NCBI GenBank assembly: GCA_951406725.2
Contig: OX597815.1
Coordinates: forward strand, 173,352,001-173,416,000
Length of the DNA: 64,000 nt
Origin: Octopus vulgaris
Taxonomy: Eukaryota
Reading direction: 5' to 3'
Shown: positions 23,795-38,900 of the stretch, piece after piece
How the letters are laid out: each line of letters starts with the position of its first letter
Position numbering within the stretch: the stretch's first letter is position 1
Translations under genes and position numbers: made by a program
Notes under the pieces: generated by a model
What the model was told of the DNA's origin: nothing
The model's database searches: none
The model's input: only the letters and a program-made list of their open reading frames with translations

Positions 23795-26700
23795 TAAAAA
23801 GAGGGTATATTTCTTTTATATATATTAAAGAATTCAATATTTTTACTCTTTAAAAACAGATACATCTGTTAAAAATCAATAGTGCCTAGCATATAACAAA
23901 AGCTGATTAAGTTTGTAGGAGGGATTGAAGTATTTAGCAAGATAAAGAAATATTTAAAAGTATTAAAAGAATTCAGATCAGATTCCAATATAAAAGATGA
24001 AGTAAATCTTCAGAAACCCCACAAATACTGAGAATGTTCTTTGGATATTAGGGGTAATCAAAGAACAGTAGACAGATATATTTTTCAAGATCAACTATTA
24101 AAATAAAGATTGGTTATATCATTCATTTGGTAGAGTCATGCAAATATTTCTGACAAGAAGATATAATTTAATGAAATGTTTAGAGTAAAATATACTCCAT
24201 TATTTCTGGATTAACTCCATATTTTAAGGTAATGTGTTTCAGAAAAACTCTCAAATTTGTTGACAACTAAGTAATAAATATTAAACATGAACTAAATTGG
24301 GATGCTAACCAAATAAAAATAATCTAAATGTAATTTAATATTTATTTATAAATGTTCATGTGAGAAAGAAAAACAGTTCGACTTAAATACCCAACTCTAG
24401 TATTTGCTGTTAACATGTATGCCTTAAATCTATCATGCTGTGTAATTATAGATGTAGGCTAAGTTGATATATATTAGTGTCTAATTTGATTTATATATTT
24501 ATAGACCTTTCTGCTTCATGAGCAACTGATCTATATATTTCTGTTCACAAATGGAAAAAATGGCAATCTACAAATTTCAGGACCATTCCTTACTTGATGT
24601 AAAATTAATGAATTAGCAAACACCAAAAAAACAAATAGTCAATAATGACTATTTGAGTCATAACAACCATTTACAGATAAATGTGAATAATTAACAACTT
24701 AACTGTGGCAACTGGGTTTTCATTAGATAGATCAATCAATCCCAGAGGAATTTTTTTTACAATCGACAATGAATAACATAAAAGTGATCAGTCATTATTG
24801 CCTATGATACAGAATTAGGCTGAAACTTGGGACACGAGAGCTAAATAAAACCAATTTAGTTAATAACATTGAGAAAACATCTTTTTCTTATAAAATTCTG
24901 AGACAACATTTGAAATTGTTAATACAATTTCTTCATGGCTATATTTTGAAAGGGATTGGCACAATTGTTTCAATAAATGGCAATATATTTTTGATGGTAT
25001 CATTATTAACCATTAACATAGAACTAACTTGAATAAACTTCCAACCATAAGGAATTATTTTTGATTATAGATAATCATTTACAAAATGACTAGCTGTGGC
25101 TCATTTGAAGAACTAATAATATCTGAATAAAGATCAGAAGGTTATATGAGCTGTTTTTGTTACAATTTAGATATAATTGCACTAAAATACTCATGGCCAG
25201 GTGATATCTACAGTTATGTTCTTGGAATGTTCTTTTGCAAAAGCAGATTTCCCTTATGCAAAGAAAAGAGATAATCAATATGGAACATTCAGAACAATGA
25301 TTTATTCTGTGTATAAGCTTTAGAATCTAAGAAGTCAACATCAGCTTTGAAAAAGTCACAAGAAATTAACTTCCAACAGTTCCTTTCACTTATTTTCATT
25401 TCTCTCTTATTTCCAATTTCAGATTGGTGATGGCAGTAAAGGAGGAGAGAGGTTATGCAGGTGCTAGTGTATATTGGTATTGTTGAATCATAGAAATTGT
25501 GAATAATTATTTCAAATTGACAGAAATAGTGAAAATTGTTGAACGTTCTCATACTAGGCCTTGATAAAGCAAAAAAAAAAAAAAGGTTTCTATCAAGTAA
25601 AAACTGCATCTGCAAAAAGTTTTTTTTTAATTTCCAGTCTCGACAACATACCATAGTTGACATGTGTAAAGAAAACAGAATGTGAAAACAGATATTTAAA
25701 ATCAATATGAATATTAATAATGTTAGTATGATTTTGGTTGCAGTCATGTAAACTCACTGAATTTTCAATGGAATTTTAGACTTGAGTGGAATAAGAGAAA
25801 GAAAATGGTAACTGTTGCAAGAATCAAAATGATTCAGCTTTGATATAAATTATTTATAAAAAATTTGGCTGTTATATTTTAGCAACAAATCCTGTATAGT
25901 GATAGATATAAAATTCTCCAGAAATAAAAGTACTGTGAGGGAAAAGCTACAGAACACCCATTAATTTCACAATTGGCTATATATTACAATTTAACCCTTA
26001 TCATACAACAAAAAAACATCTACATCTGGCTATTTGAAAATTATATATCATTCATATAAAACACTTAAAATTCAGAACAGTAGTAAAAATATTAAAAGAC
26101 AATCATTTTCTTCAATATATCAGTGATTATTGCTGTGAATTTTAAATAAACACATTCCACATTAAATGTATCAGGAAGATTAATAAGTTATTAAATTAAC
26201 TGCTATTGTTATTTAATATATATTTCTTAACTAAGCAGTTTTTGCCAACATAAACTACCAATAATTTCATTGCACTCTGGGTTTTAATATGCATACACAC
26301 ATGCACACACATGTATTAAGCTTCAAGACCATAATGAAGTATGGTAAGTTCAATGCAGTGAATATTAAAAGAAAATAATCACCTTTAACAAGCTCTTCAT
26401 GAATTAAATGTAACTATGGGAATGGACAAATTACCGTATTCTTCCAATTTGTTTGGCAGCAATTAATTTTAAAAGCTTCTAACAAGTTTTATATACAATA
26501 CCTTCATTTTCCTAAAATATCAAATGTTGCTTGCAAGTAGTTATAATTTGCTGCAGAGAAATCACTCCAAATTTTAATTACTATTGTATTGACCATCTCC
26601 AAAGACAAAGTCAATTAAAAAATGAAGACTAACCAATTCCCTCTCCACCTCCAAATACTTCAGTTTTCATCATCTTTAGATTTTTATAATTTTAGATAAA

Positions 26701-27765
26701 TACAGATAAAAGTAAACACAAGATCTGGAAGTAATTGAATTTCAAGTTGTGCAGAATTAAAGAGGCAGAAATATGTATCAGAGCCTCTTATTTTCTCATA
26801 GACCAGTTAAAGTTTTGTGATTAACTACTTATTATATGATATCACATCATGGCTGGAATTTCAGAGGAGCTCTCACTTCATACATTAAGACAAGATTTCA
26901 TGAGGCTCTTTTGTAGATAGTTGTCTTTATTCAAAAACAAACAATACCAATTATTATAAATTTTACTGATTCAATTTTTAAAAAGGGTAATTTCACTGAA
27001 GATCTTTTAAATAGTTATCAAAATAATTTTACTTGGTTTCCTGCAATTGCTTGTCTTTCTTAAAGATGGTGAATCTGACAGGGACGATATTTTCTTTTAG
27101 CCAGACACAAACACATTTTTGTAGAGAAATAGTGTAATTGATACATTACTGATTATCATTTTATCAATGTTGAATGAATGAAAGATAAAGTTAACCTCAG
27201 CAGAATTCGAATTCTGAGTGTATAGGAAGTAGCCAACATACTATGCTACTTATTTATATTTAGTTTGGTGGTGTGTTGTTTCTATTAAAAATAATTACTA
27301 AAACACTGAAAATTCTCTTCATCAAGTTTTTGGTAAATTGAAAACCCTTGATGGATATTTCCCCTTTCATTAAATTGAGTAAGAGTAAACATTATCAAAT
27401 GTTTCGAGTAGAGTTTTCAGTGAATATAAAAGCATACTTAAAGGTATTAATGAACTACAAAAATATTTGATTTCAGCAGATGACTTAAAATTGAATTCAT
27501 TTAAACAAATCTTAGAATAGAAACCAATGTGCCTAAAAGAGCAAACTGAATCGCTGGAAATATTTAAATGTTATCAAATTCCAAGGCTTTGAGACAAAAA
27601 GCAATAGTGAAAATTAAAAGCCTATGCAGTTCTAAACACAAGTTTTTAAATTCAGAGATGCAAAAGTTTGGATAGTTGTGACTCTTGAGGGATGCAATTA
27701 TATCCAGAAACAACATCTGACTGTTGAAACCTATAACTGTTGAGAATATCAAATCATTCTTTCTT

Positions 27766-28160
27766 GGCATGTCTGTATGGTGAAGAAGCTTGTTTGCAAA
27801 CCACATATTTTTTAATTCAGTTCCATAGGGTGGCAACTTGGCCAAGTATCTTCTAGTATAGCCCTGGAGCAGGTAAAACCTTTTGAGAAGATTTGGTAAA
27901 CAGAAACTGTAAGAAGTCTATCATGTGTGCATCTCCTAGTCTTGGCAAAGTGCATTAGTTGTAAACAAGCACCATAAACATACAAGTGGTATTATTAATT
28001 TCAAATTTTCTGTGGAAACAAGTCTAGCACGAAGAAAAAAAAATCTTGCTTAAAAACAAGTGACAAGAAGAGTATCTAGTCATAGAAAATATGCCTAAAT
28101 GGATTCTGCCTAACCCATGCAAGCATGATAAAATGGAAATTGAAATGGTTATGATGATAT
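27766..28160 (+). mobile_element. Degenerate tRNA-derived SINE
   Basis: Head tgtatggtgaagaagcttgtttgc, ttggccaagtatcttctagtatagccc, and tail cccatgcaagcatg...gatgata. Confidence 0.68.
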
Positions 28161-30277
28161 TCAGTTTAAGGAACCTCAATTTAGAAAGTTGAATTTCTTA
28201 AATGAACCTGTTATTTCTAGAAAGGAGAGCAGGAAAATAAAGTCAAATAAGCTCACTATGCAGAATGAAGTGTAAACTCAAGAATTTCCCACTAAGTGCT
28301 TAAAATTAACGTAGATTAGCAGCATTGTAGAAATAAAATTTAGAAAAGAATTGACAGTGTACATGAACCATTTCAAGTATAACCAGATAGGTGAGTTCAA
28401 AGTAGTCGAAGTTAAATTTGAACATCTGAAGATCAGCCTACAAAAAAAATGTGGATAAAGCAGGATATGATATGGAACGAGGAGGAAAAAAATTTAAATT
28501 TCAAGTATACAATTTAGAACATTTCAATAATCTACTTTTTCCCTAAAGAAAACATTTTATATGTAAAATGTAATGGAAGTTCACTATTAAAAAATTTTCT
28601 GATATTATTGATCAAACTTCTTTTAAGTAACACTTTTTATTTCTGGATTTTTAGGAACAGGATAATAAAATTCTGGATGACTAATAGTATTTGTCATACC
28701 ATTTATATAGTTCAACTATCTATTTTGAACATTTGTTTTCTTTTTAAGGTGGCTACTAAAATTGTTAAACCAGCATGAATGTTTCCATGATATTTATTTC
28801 TTTGTTTTATTGGATAGAATTTGATTTTGAAAGAAAATGAAGACTAATTTGTTTAGATTTAAATTACAATAACATGAAGGAAATGCCAGGGATGACAATT
28901 AATCAATGAATAATAATTTATGTATAACTCAAAAGAATGATATTTAGAGAGATATAATAACTGCCACTATAAACTTGATGACCTCCAGAATCTTCTAAAA
29001 GAACAAAGAAGTTTCAAGCACTTTCAAAATTAAAATGCCAAGACATTACTATTATACTTATAACATTATCCCTGACTGGTCATTTACACTGCTTTATATT
29101 AATAAATAGAAAATTAAACTTTGATGATGGCTGAGGAAAACCAGGTAGTTAAATACACCTAAAAGCATTACATTTATGAAATTTTCACTATTTAGCTCTG
29201 CAAAACACACATACACACAAACACACCCTAGTTAAAAAAGTACAATATTGTGTCTTTCTAAAATTTAAGATAAAAGGGGGAAAAAAACTATTTCCTTTAA
29301 GGAAACATCTTTGTTGGAGATATATGCAAAAGTTTTATGGTTATAACAATGTATTACTGATGATAATGCTATAACCAATTATCATGAGAGAGAGGAGTCA
29401 GAGAATAGCTTAGGATTATCGTCACAGTATCATTCTCCTTGTGTGTTCAAGAAACATCAGGCATGAATAGGATAAGAAGGTATATCCAACATGTCATGGA
29501 CAAATGAGAAACAATAGCTCAAAGTTACAAATACATAAAATAAACAAAATGTAAAGCACAAAAAAAAAAGAAAAAATACAGAAGGAATATTAAAGATGAC
29601 TCAAATTAATATTTAAAAGTAAACTGCATGCTAAAAGTAAATGAGTATATAGGTACCAATATTTTAGCTGTCACAGTAGTAAGTAATAACTGTGTATTCT
29701 TAAGAACACATTAATTAGATTATCAAGAATACAGAAAAAAGCAAGAAAAATAAAGATGACAATTCAAGATTTTATACTGACAAAGTATATTTATCGTGAA
29801 GACAAAGAAATAAAGGACTTCAGTAATTGAAAGCTTAATATTGAATATCTACAGTAGAAATACAAAACTGTCTAGTAAAGAAATAAAGACAAGCTGTCAC
29901 AGATATCTAATAAACATGAACAAAAGAAACTGTCTTCTGTCTTCAAGGAAGCCAAAAGGTATGAAAATGGAGGTTGAAGTGACAGACAAATTTGAAGAGG
30001 AAGAAGCACCAAAACAAAAGTAAAAGACAAAACTGAAAATTAAATTACAAAACACTATGGCAAAGCAATAGTAAGAAAAGCTTCTATTACAGCTAATATC
30101 TGCTAGGATTGAGCATATCAAAAGTAAGCCAGGTGACAGGTTGGTGGTTATGAAGATCTCTTTCAAATCATGGAGTTCTGAGTTCCATCCAGCAGTGTAA
30201 CAGCCTTCAGGAAATGAAACTGTGCAGTAGGAAGTGTTATGTGTACATGTGTGTATACAATACATACACATATATAT

Positions 30278-30503
30278 CATCCCCATCATTTTAATGTCCA
30301 ATTTTCTATGTTTGCATGGGTCAGAGTTTATTGAAGATTTTCTATGATTAAATGCCTTCCCTGCCACCAGTCCTCACCTGTTTCCAAGCAAGGTAATATT
30401 TCCCTGTATTTTGCAAAATACTGGAAATGAATAATACTGCTTGTATGAAAGTGACACTCATTTACTAGTATCATGAAATGTGAGGCAAACACATGCACGC
30501 GTG

Positions 30504-30540
<37 letters not shown>

Positions 30541-30622
30541 CATGCTTCATTTATTTTCCGTCAAGTAAATCCACTCACAAGCTTTTGATTGGCTCAGGGT
30601 TATAGAAGACACTTGCCTAAAG
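30278..30622 (-). mobile_element. tRNA-derived SINE with internal (CA)n, 5' truncated
   Basis: catcattttaatgtcc...ttgcatggg tail on plus, cctcacctgtttccaagcaaggtaatatt, and aaatccactcacaagc...agaagacacttgcctaa. Confidence 0.72.
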
Positions 30623-30629
30623 TCACAGA

Positions 30630-30966
30630 GAGAGAAACTCCATACACTGTATCCAATGCTTAGTAATAGACTCATAAGAGGTGCAGTGGAACCAAGGGAA
30701 AGTTAACAGAAAAAGTAGTCTTTGTATGTTTATGCAACAGCAATAAACACTCAGGATACATGGGAAATAATTTTTTTTGTACGATCTGGAGGCTGCCTAG
30801 AAGTAGAAGATAGTTTTTGTTACCAAGGCGACCTGGTTAGCAGAAGTGAATGTTCTGAAAGTATAGATGCTAGAATAAGAATAGGAGGGAGAAAGTTCTG
30901 AGAACTATTACATCTGTTGGCAACAGGTGTTTTCAAAGCGGAAGGAAGATTGTATGTGGCTTGTGA
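30630..30966 (+). mobile_element. RTE-clade LINE RT fragment
   Basis: Translates to SIHCIQC..THKRCSGTKGKLTEKVVFVC and LEVEDSFCYQGDLVS..CSESIDARIRIGGRKF; same family as 61385-62580. Confidence 0.75.
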
Positions 30967-30969
30967 ATG

Positions 30970-31700
30970 AATTTTTCTTGAGAACATTCCTTTCTTAGTG
31001 GTAAGACCATAGCGGATCTTCTAGCATAATGGATGTCCACTTACAGGTCATCACTTTTATATGTATGTAATATAATTTTTTATGAAACTTCAGACTTTTA
31101 AATATGCTAGACCACCGGTGTTAAATTGATATTAATCAAATTAATATCCAATTTTTCACCCTTATTATTTTAAATTTAAATAGCTATGTTCTCTAACCGG
31201 CAAAATTCACTGCAGAGAATTATTTTCAACAGAGATATTTCCAGTAGTTTAGTGTGCCATAACGAAGGCTTTTGAAAAATAATTGGTAGAACTGTATACA
31301 TGTTTAATCTCATGCAGACGTCCCATGTATAGTTCTGCAAATTATGGTTGCTAAGACGGTCACACTGACGAGTTTTGCGGATGATTACATAAATGATTAT
31401 GTAAGCATTAACAACATAACCATGGTTTGTGATTAATCTATATTTCATATCTTTTCATTTGTCTTGCTCGCTTACATTTTGACATTTGCTAAATTTTTCT
31501 TGAGAACATTCCTTTCTTAGTGATAAGACCATAGCAGATCTTCTTCTAGCATAATGGATGTCCACTTACAGGTCATCCCTTTTATATGTATGTAATATAA
31601 TTTTTTCTGAAACTTCAGATTTTTAAATATGCTAGACCACTGGTGTTAAATTGATATTAATCAAATTAATATTCAATTTTTCACCCTTATTATTTTAAAT
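30970..31700. repeat. ~205-bp direct repeat (30970-31175 and 31492-31700), period 522 bp
   Basis: aatttttcttgagaacattcctttcttagtg...tttttcacccttattattttaaat occurs twice with only a few differences, followed by a long (TA)n. Confidence 0.9.
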
Positions 31701-31716
31701 ATATATATAAATATAC

Positions 31717-31759
<43 letters not shown>

Positions 31760-31876
31760 TATGAATATATATATGTATATAAATATATTAACAGTTTCTT
31801 CAATGGTTCTGGAGGTTGGGGGATTGCAGGGAGTTTAACCTCTCCACCATTGCAGCGCAGTGTAGGGATACTTATA

Positions 31877-32606
31877 TCTACTACATATAACTAATATATT
31901 TTATTAAGCATCCAAAGGAAATAACTCATTTGCTCCTGGAAGGGATCCTTAATATAGCCAAGGGAAATAACTAATTCATTTTTGTAAATTATTTGGTATA
32001 GATCAAATTGAGTATGCTTATTTCTTAGTATTTGAGCTGTTAGACTTATTTTCGTAATTTATCCAGTACAACGCTTAAACAAGTAAATAGTATTATTCTA
32101 AACAATAGATCTACTTATTTCGGTTAGTGAGTTATTCCCGAATATACCAACACTAGTGTCACTGAGGGTAATATTCTCTGCGAATGCACAAAGCCCTTTT
32201 CAGAGTTATTTACTTGAATTGTTATTATCTCATGTCTGATTAGCCTGTTATTACTTAACATGCTTCATGATTTTAGTATACATATATATACTAAAATATA
32301 TATAGCTCTATATACTCTGGGAATGTATTAAAACCCTTTTTGGGGCTACTTTATTTGAATTCTTACTATTGGGTAATTAATTTCATGTTATTACATAACT
32401 GACTTCACAATTTGGGTATTCATAACATATTGGGAGTTCCTAAAAACAAGATCCTGAGTAAGACAGTTTGGTATTCTATGTTAATGCACAAAAACTGTTT
32501 TAAGGGCTATATACTTTGTATTGTTACTGGATTAGTGAAACAATTATGAGAATGGAACCAAGGGATAAGCCCTGCTTTCCCAGGAATTACTGGGTACGTC
32601 AGCTAG
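31877..32606 (+). mobile_element. Complete non-autonomous Helitron family B (730 bp)
   Basis: A|TCTACTACATATAA 5' end; 3' hairpin cccag-gaatta-ctggg followed by tacgtcag and CTAG|T; no TSD; homologous to 584-1258. Confidence 0.8.
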
Positions 32607-32660
32607 TATACATATATATAATTTGTAACAGTAATAGTAATAACCTGGTGTTAGAACTCA

Positions 32661-32706
<46 letters not shown>

Positions 32707-32711
32707 GGACA

Positions 32712-33023
32712 TATACAATGGATGAAGAATGCCCTTTGGTCATTGCAACAAGAAAGTTCTTTGAGGCACAAGTTTGGGCAACGTTGTTTGTGGAAGAGCA
32801 GCAGTTTCCCATGCATATCTGTTTCCATGCCACCAATGTTGACCAAGGGAAAGGCAAAATCCAATACAATTTAGCAACAGTGATGTTGCACCTCATTTTT
32901 ACAGCTGAGTAAACCGGAGCAATGTGAAATAAAGTGCCTTGTTCAAGAACACAACACACAGACCAGTCTTGGAACCAAATTCACAACCTCCCGATTATAA
33001 GTATAATGCTTTCACTACTGAGC

Positions 33024-33024
<1 letters not shown>
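32712..33024 (-). mobile_element. tRNA-derived SINE of another family
   Basis: Minus strand head tagctcagtagtgaaagca (A box), then gtgttcttgaacaaggcactttatttcacattgctccggtttactcagctgtaaaaatgag (SINE central domain); flanked by (TA)n. Confidence 0.68.
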
Positions 33025-33059
<35 letters not shown>

Positions 33060-35589
33060 GGTATGATTGGATGCACTTGATGTGTGAGAATTAAACCATA
33101 GAGGTTTCAGCTCCAATGTTAAGTGTGTTAAAAACTCACTGTTGCTGGCACACACAGGCTGTGCATATCTGAGAGTGGGCTATGATGTAATATGAATAGC
33201 CTGGGAATAATAAGAGAAAAGAACCATGGCATAACTTGGTACTCCTTTATTCAAGTTGTTACATATATTTCATTATTCACCAACACATGATGTCACATTA
33301 TATAGTAGGTGCAGCCCAATAAGCTTCATCTATAGTATGATGTTATGTCTCACTGAAAAATGAAGCATAAGTAACAACTGCAGTAGCAAGTTATATCCAT
33401 GTTCTTCTTCTCTCCAATTATTCAATCTAAAAATTTTACTGAGCATCAATCTGATACATTTACTGTGTAGATCCAATTGAATTTTGTTTTATTTTTCTGT
33501 CTTTTGCTCTTGGATTTGTCTATACATATGAAGTTAAACAATGGCAAAAGAACAGAAAATTATGCAATGAACTTTATTAGCTTACAACTAACATTTTATT
33601 CTGAAGCTCTAAGTGAAACATTTTGTATATATATATTCACACACATACACTTACAAAAGAATGATGTGTTTACGTTCAAGATAAACCAAGATCATGTATA
33701 CCTATGATCAGAGCTAATTTAGCCATGACCACCCCATGTTTTCAAGCATAGTTTTATGTCAAATTACCTAAACTTATCATCATTTAATGCCTATTTTCCT
33801 TGTTATTTAAACTTATATGTCCTGTTTTGTTTTTTACCTAAAAATGAAGTGCAATTTAAAAGAAATTTGACTGCTATTTTTATTAAGTTGAATAACTATG
33901 TAAAGCTTCCTAATTTGGTTCATAAATACCAACACCTAGAACCTGCTTTTGGCAAAGTCAACTATAGAGAAATTTAAAGTGAGCTAATAGAGTAGTATTT
34001 CCCAAATTATGGGACCACAATATTATTTTGAAAGGGTCACCTAGACAATATGTTTAACTTCTGAAATATATGAAGAAAGAAAAAAAGAGAAAAAGAAAAG
34101 TAAAATGTTTATAAATATGTTTTACACTAAGTTAAAGACAGGGGTTACTACACAACATTTATTGCAGAATTTTTCCCTAAGGAAGGTAAGTGTTATGTGT
34201 CCCACTGGAATATATTTTAAAAAATGCAGAAGATTATTGATTTGTGTAAATGGGTCACAATGGTAAAAGATTGGCAAAATGAAATATTCTGTATTGTCTA
34301 TTTTGGTGAACATTTAAAAACATTATCGTTGTTCATTTAAAAATATACATGTATTTTTTTTAAAACACACATTGTAAAGTTATGTCAAAAAAAACAAAAC
34401 AACATTATTATTATCACAAAATCTTAAAATATGACTGACACAATATCAGCTTCATTAAAATAATAAAAAACAAATCTCATGCCTTCACTAGATCCTATCG
34501 ATATTCCCTGGATGGACTATTTTATACACAAGAGTATAATGATTCAAATCCAATGGAAAGCAATAAGCAGAGATGACTTCATCAGGCAATGTGTCATACT
34601 TGATGATATTATTTGTGACAAGGTAATTTAGGTCTTTGATCTTATGATGGAATAGAGAGAGAGACCATTTTATGAAAGATTATCTATGCTACAACTACAA
34701 TGTTTAGTTTTACATATTGATATTTCCATGTACTGAGAATGTTTGAATTGATGATGATAAAGACTATCAAAGATGGTGATGATAGAAAATTTCTAAAATA
34801 TTTTTTTTAGGAAGTTTGATGAATACTAAGAAGCAAAATAAAATTAAAAAAAAAACAAGTACTAGTGTGTGAATGTTATAAGGAGGGCAGAGGAGAGAAA
34901 AGTGAATAAAAATATAACGTAAAAGAAATTCATTATGGATTTAAATGTTTCCAAAATAAAATATTAAAAAAGCCCTACTTTTTACAAACCTATGAGTTAA
35001 TCAATTTGATTATGTAACTTAAACTTAGGAAATGTAATTACTTAACAAGATTGTCAACTAATCACATTAAGATTAATTTCATTTTCTGCTCAGTAATGAA
35101 TAAGATACTGTTTAGTGATTTCTGACATAACAAACAGCGTCTGTTTTATAATTACATGGAAAAACCAATGTACCAAGTCTAACACTGGTTTGACATTCAG
35201 CTTTCCAAAATATACATAAAAAAAACCCCAAACCCCAGAAGTAACCAAATGTTGTAGACAGAAAAAAAACAACAAAAAATTAAACCTTGTCCTCCTAGAC
35301 AAATTAACATTCATTTATCAACTTTCATAAGAAAATAAAATAGAAGTATTATTCCTAATGAGAATTTTAGTGAACATCTAAAAACATTGTTATTCATTTG
35401 AAAATAGACAAATGGTTGTATTATGGTGTAATTTTTTTGTTAAACACTCTTTCTCCCTCTAACACACACACATACACACACTCTCTCTCTACTATTGCTA
35501 AAACAAAATTACTTTGGATTTCTTTAAATCCTTTGAATTGTATCAGACAATGTAACAGAAAACATCAGGAAGCATCATAATTTTTTTAA

Positions 35590-35902
35590 AGTCTACATTT
35601 CTATGGCTTGGTGCTCTTCCTGTCACCAAACCTCACCTGTTGCCAAGCAAGGTACTATTTCCATAAGACCAGTCATGTTTTCATAGGAGACTGGAAACAA
35701 ATAACAGTGTTTGCATGATGGTGATGCTCATTCACAACTGTAATGAAAAGTTAAGACAAGGAGTTTCTGTCTACCAAATCCACTCACAAAGCTTTGGTCA
35801 GCTCAGGGCTTTAATAGAAGACATTTGTCCAAAGTTTCATACAGTGGGACTAAACCCCAAAATCATGTGGTTGGAAAGTAAATTCCTCAACCAAATTGCC
35901 AT
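35590..35902 (-). mobile_element. tRNA-derived SINE
   Basis: acagtgggactaaaccc..aatcatgtggttggaaag head (reverse) and cctcacctgttgccaagcaaggt body shared with 30278-30622. Confidence 0.7.
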
Positions 35903-38900
35903 TTATAAACCTTAAAGCATAATGAGAAAGAAAAAAAAAAGTGGGGAACAAGGGGTGAAATACAGAAACTAGAAAGTAATGAAGTATATTTAACTCTTAA
36001 AACCAAAGATGCAATAATCTCAATAATGTAATAGGAATGATGTAAGTAAAAAAAAAAAAAGCTTACATGATTTTCTGCAGTTCTGGCATTTTATATAAAT
36101 ACATTTTAAGTATTACTTATTCTTATAAAGTAAAATGAAACATTATGTTTACTGAATGTTATTAGGTTTTTGAAATTAAATACGATTAGTTAAGTAGCAG
36201 AACATAATGAACACATGCTTGAATAACTCTTGGGTATGTCAACTGAAAAACAGCTGAATTTACCAATTGAGTAATGATCAGTAGTTTTTTTACAAAGAAA
36301 GCATCGCTCTGTTTGATGAACCATTTTGGGATATTGTTACATCTGCATCACTAAATCTTATGAGTTTTAGGTTGTATGAAATATATAAATTATATCTAAT
36401 CCATCCTACCTAAAAAGCTTTAAGATATTTGAATACTTAGTCCCAGTCGGTTCTTTAATGCTCTCTGTATTAACTATGATAACGCTACCTTAACTATTAT
36501 TTTGTAAATAGACAAATGATGTGAGAGTTTCTAAAACTTGCCTTAAACAAAGAATATTTAGTAAACCTTTATTATGTGAATAAGTAAAGTCTATTCATAA
36601 ATAAAAATGTTGCTTGATTTGTGTTGAGGAAATTAATATGCATATATTTTTGTTTTCTTTTGTCTTTTTAAACCCCTTTTACAACCATTAATCTGCTGTA
36701 TGTTCTTTTCTATCCTAACATTAATGCTCTTTTACATAAAAAAACCCAAAAAACTCTAAACATAGCTTTAATTATTCTTTCAGAAACAACCAAGTGGAGT
36801 TTTTCTATTTCTTGAAAGTCTAAAATGAAATAATACTAGTAAATGTATCTTAAAATAACAATAGAATTTGTATAACAACAATGAGTAAACAATGTTACTT
36901 TTTAAATGGCAGACAAGTAAAGCAAATAAAATTTTCTGTTCTAAGCAAATAATAGCCACTTTTCCTATAGATTTCTTGTCACATTAAAGCACTAATAATA
37001 ACCTCAAACAAAATCAATGATATTGAAATTTCATATTTTATTTTCCACATGAACAACATTAATTTTGAATTTTAACATAAAAATAAGATATTAATTAAGT
37101 TAGCTACACATGTTCATTATTTTGGTAAATGAAATTTATAAGTTATTAATAATTAAGTTATTCATACAGTTTGTGTATATTTGTCAAATGGTCAAATATG
37201 GGTATGTTTTCTAATATGAAAATATTAAAAAAACAAAAGTACCAAGATAAACCTCCATCATGAGTAAACATATTTTAGAGTCAATTAATAAAGACTGTAT
37301 CTGTAAAATTTCTAAAGATTCACTTGAAATCTCAAAATCCTCCATCAATTTAAAATTATAAAAAAAAATAATGATCAACACGAAAATTTCTGCAGAGTGA
37401 CATTTCTCAGATTATGAGGATGAGTAACTTATGGTTATGTCTCGAGATAGAGATTAGTTTGCTTTGTTTAGTGTTCCATGTGATTGTCAGTGTTTCCTAA
37501 AATAAACTGGGCAGAGATGAAGTGTTCTGTTTGGATTGATGCTTTTCAATGAACAGATATGTTGATAAAGCCAATTCTACAGTGTACTTTTGGTAAGGCA
37601 ATAGTTGTTTTTGGTGAGACAATAATTGTTTGTCTTGTTTGGTTGCTTTCCAAGCAAGTTTTTGGGAGGCAAGAATAAATGTTGGTGGCAAGATTTTGGT
37701 TTCTTGCAAATGCTTTCCTTAATTGTTTTATATTGTAATTTAGGAACAGTAGTGTCCTTGGTTTATAGGTTTATAACAGGCCAATCATCAGTTCACTACA
37801 TTTCTGATAGTAAGAGTCACAAGAAAGTGTTTAATACAGCACAAATATCTTGAGACAGTTTCTTCACAAAGCACTGGTTTCTTACCAATGTTTATATCCT
37901 TGCAGATATACTTCAGGAAAACAGACACACACACAAGATGAGATTCTAAACAATTTCTGTCTACCAAATTCCACTGACAAGGTTATGTAGGACCAAACTC
38001 AGAATCACAACTATGCTTGAACTCAGGATTTTAATATGTAGTGAATGCAACAATCAAGACAAGGACACTACACCAACTAATGCATAATATTTCATAATCA
38101 TGTTCAACTTGCTTTTGCCCTTTTGAAAGATTTGGCTGATTACACAGAAGTAATATACTTCCATGATTTTAAAGTTCATGTTGAATATTGGGCTTATACT
38201 ATGTCTTGTGTAGCAAACTATAGAAAGTACTAATATTCAAGTAAATGAATGTATATTTGCAATAACAATGATACATTGTGAAAGTTTCAGAAAGTCTTTG
38301 TTGTTGCTTTGTATAACTTCCATCTTAGTTTTGTTTGTTTTTGAAATATTTCATTTATGTGTGACTCAACTACATCCATTTTGGTTCATGTTACACAAGT
38401 CAAAATGGTAGAAAATATAACTTGCTATACTTCATTTCATATTTTTTGAGAGGGAACTTCTAATTGTGGTACTTTGTCACAATTACAATTCACTTCTGTT
38501 TCTATATGAATGCACTTATGCCAGATAAAATATTGGATCATACATTGGGATAGTGCATTCAGCATCATCTTTTGTGTATACATCTAATAGAAACCATATA
38601 ATTAATCATGTATAAAAGGTTTTAATTATGATAATGTAGAGAAAGAATAACAATAGCTGAGTGGTTAATATTTTAGTGTTAATTTATGGATCACAATTTG
38701 TATCCTCTTAACGGTGTTATATTTTAAAACATGGTCGCAATCCTTTATAATTCTAATCTACTTAGCTGAAATTAGGTATCAAATGTTATTTCAGAGAGAT
38801 ATCACTTATTGCATGTATACTTAAGAATTACAAATATATTTATCAATAAATCAACTTCTCTATTAACATATGCAATGTAATGTTCACTAGTGGTTAGCAT

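Noticed and set aside
25289-25747. 152-aa minus-strand ORF as a dystrophin exon
   Set aside because: Low-complexity F/I/L composition from AT-rich DNA, no spectrin-repeat pattern, and no convincing splice sites.
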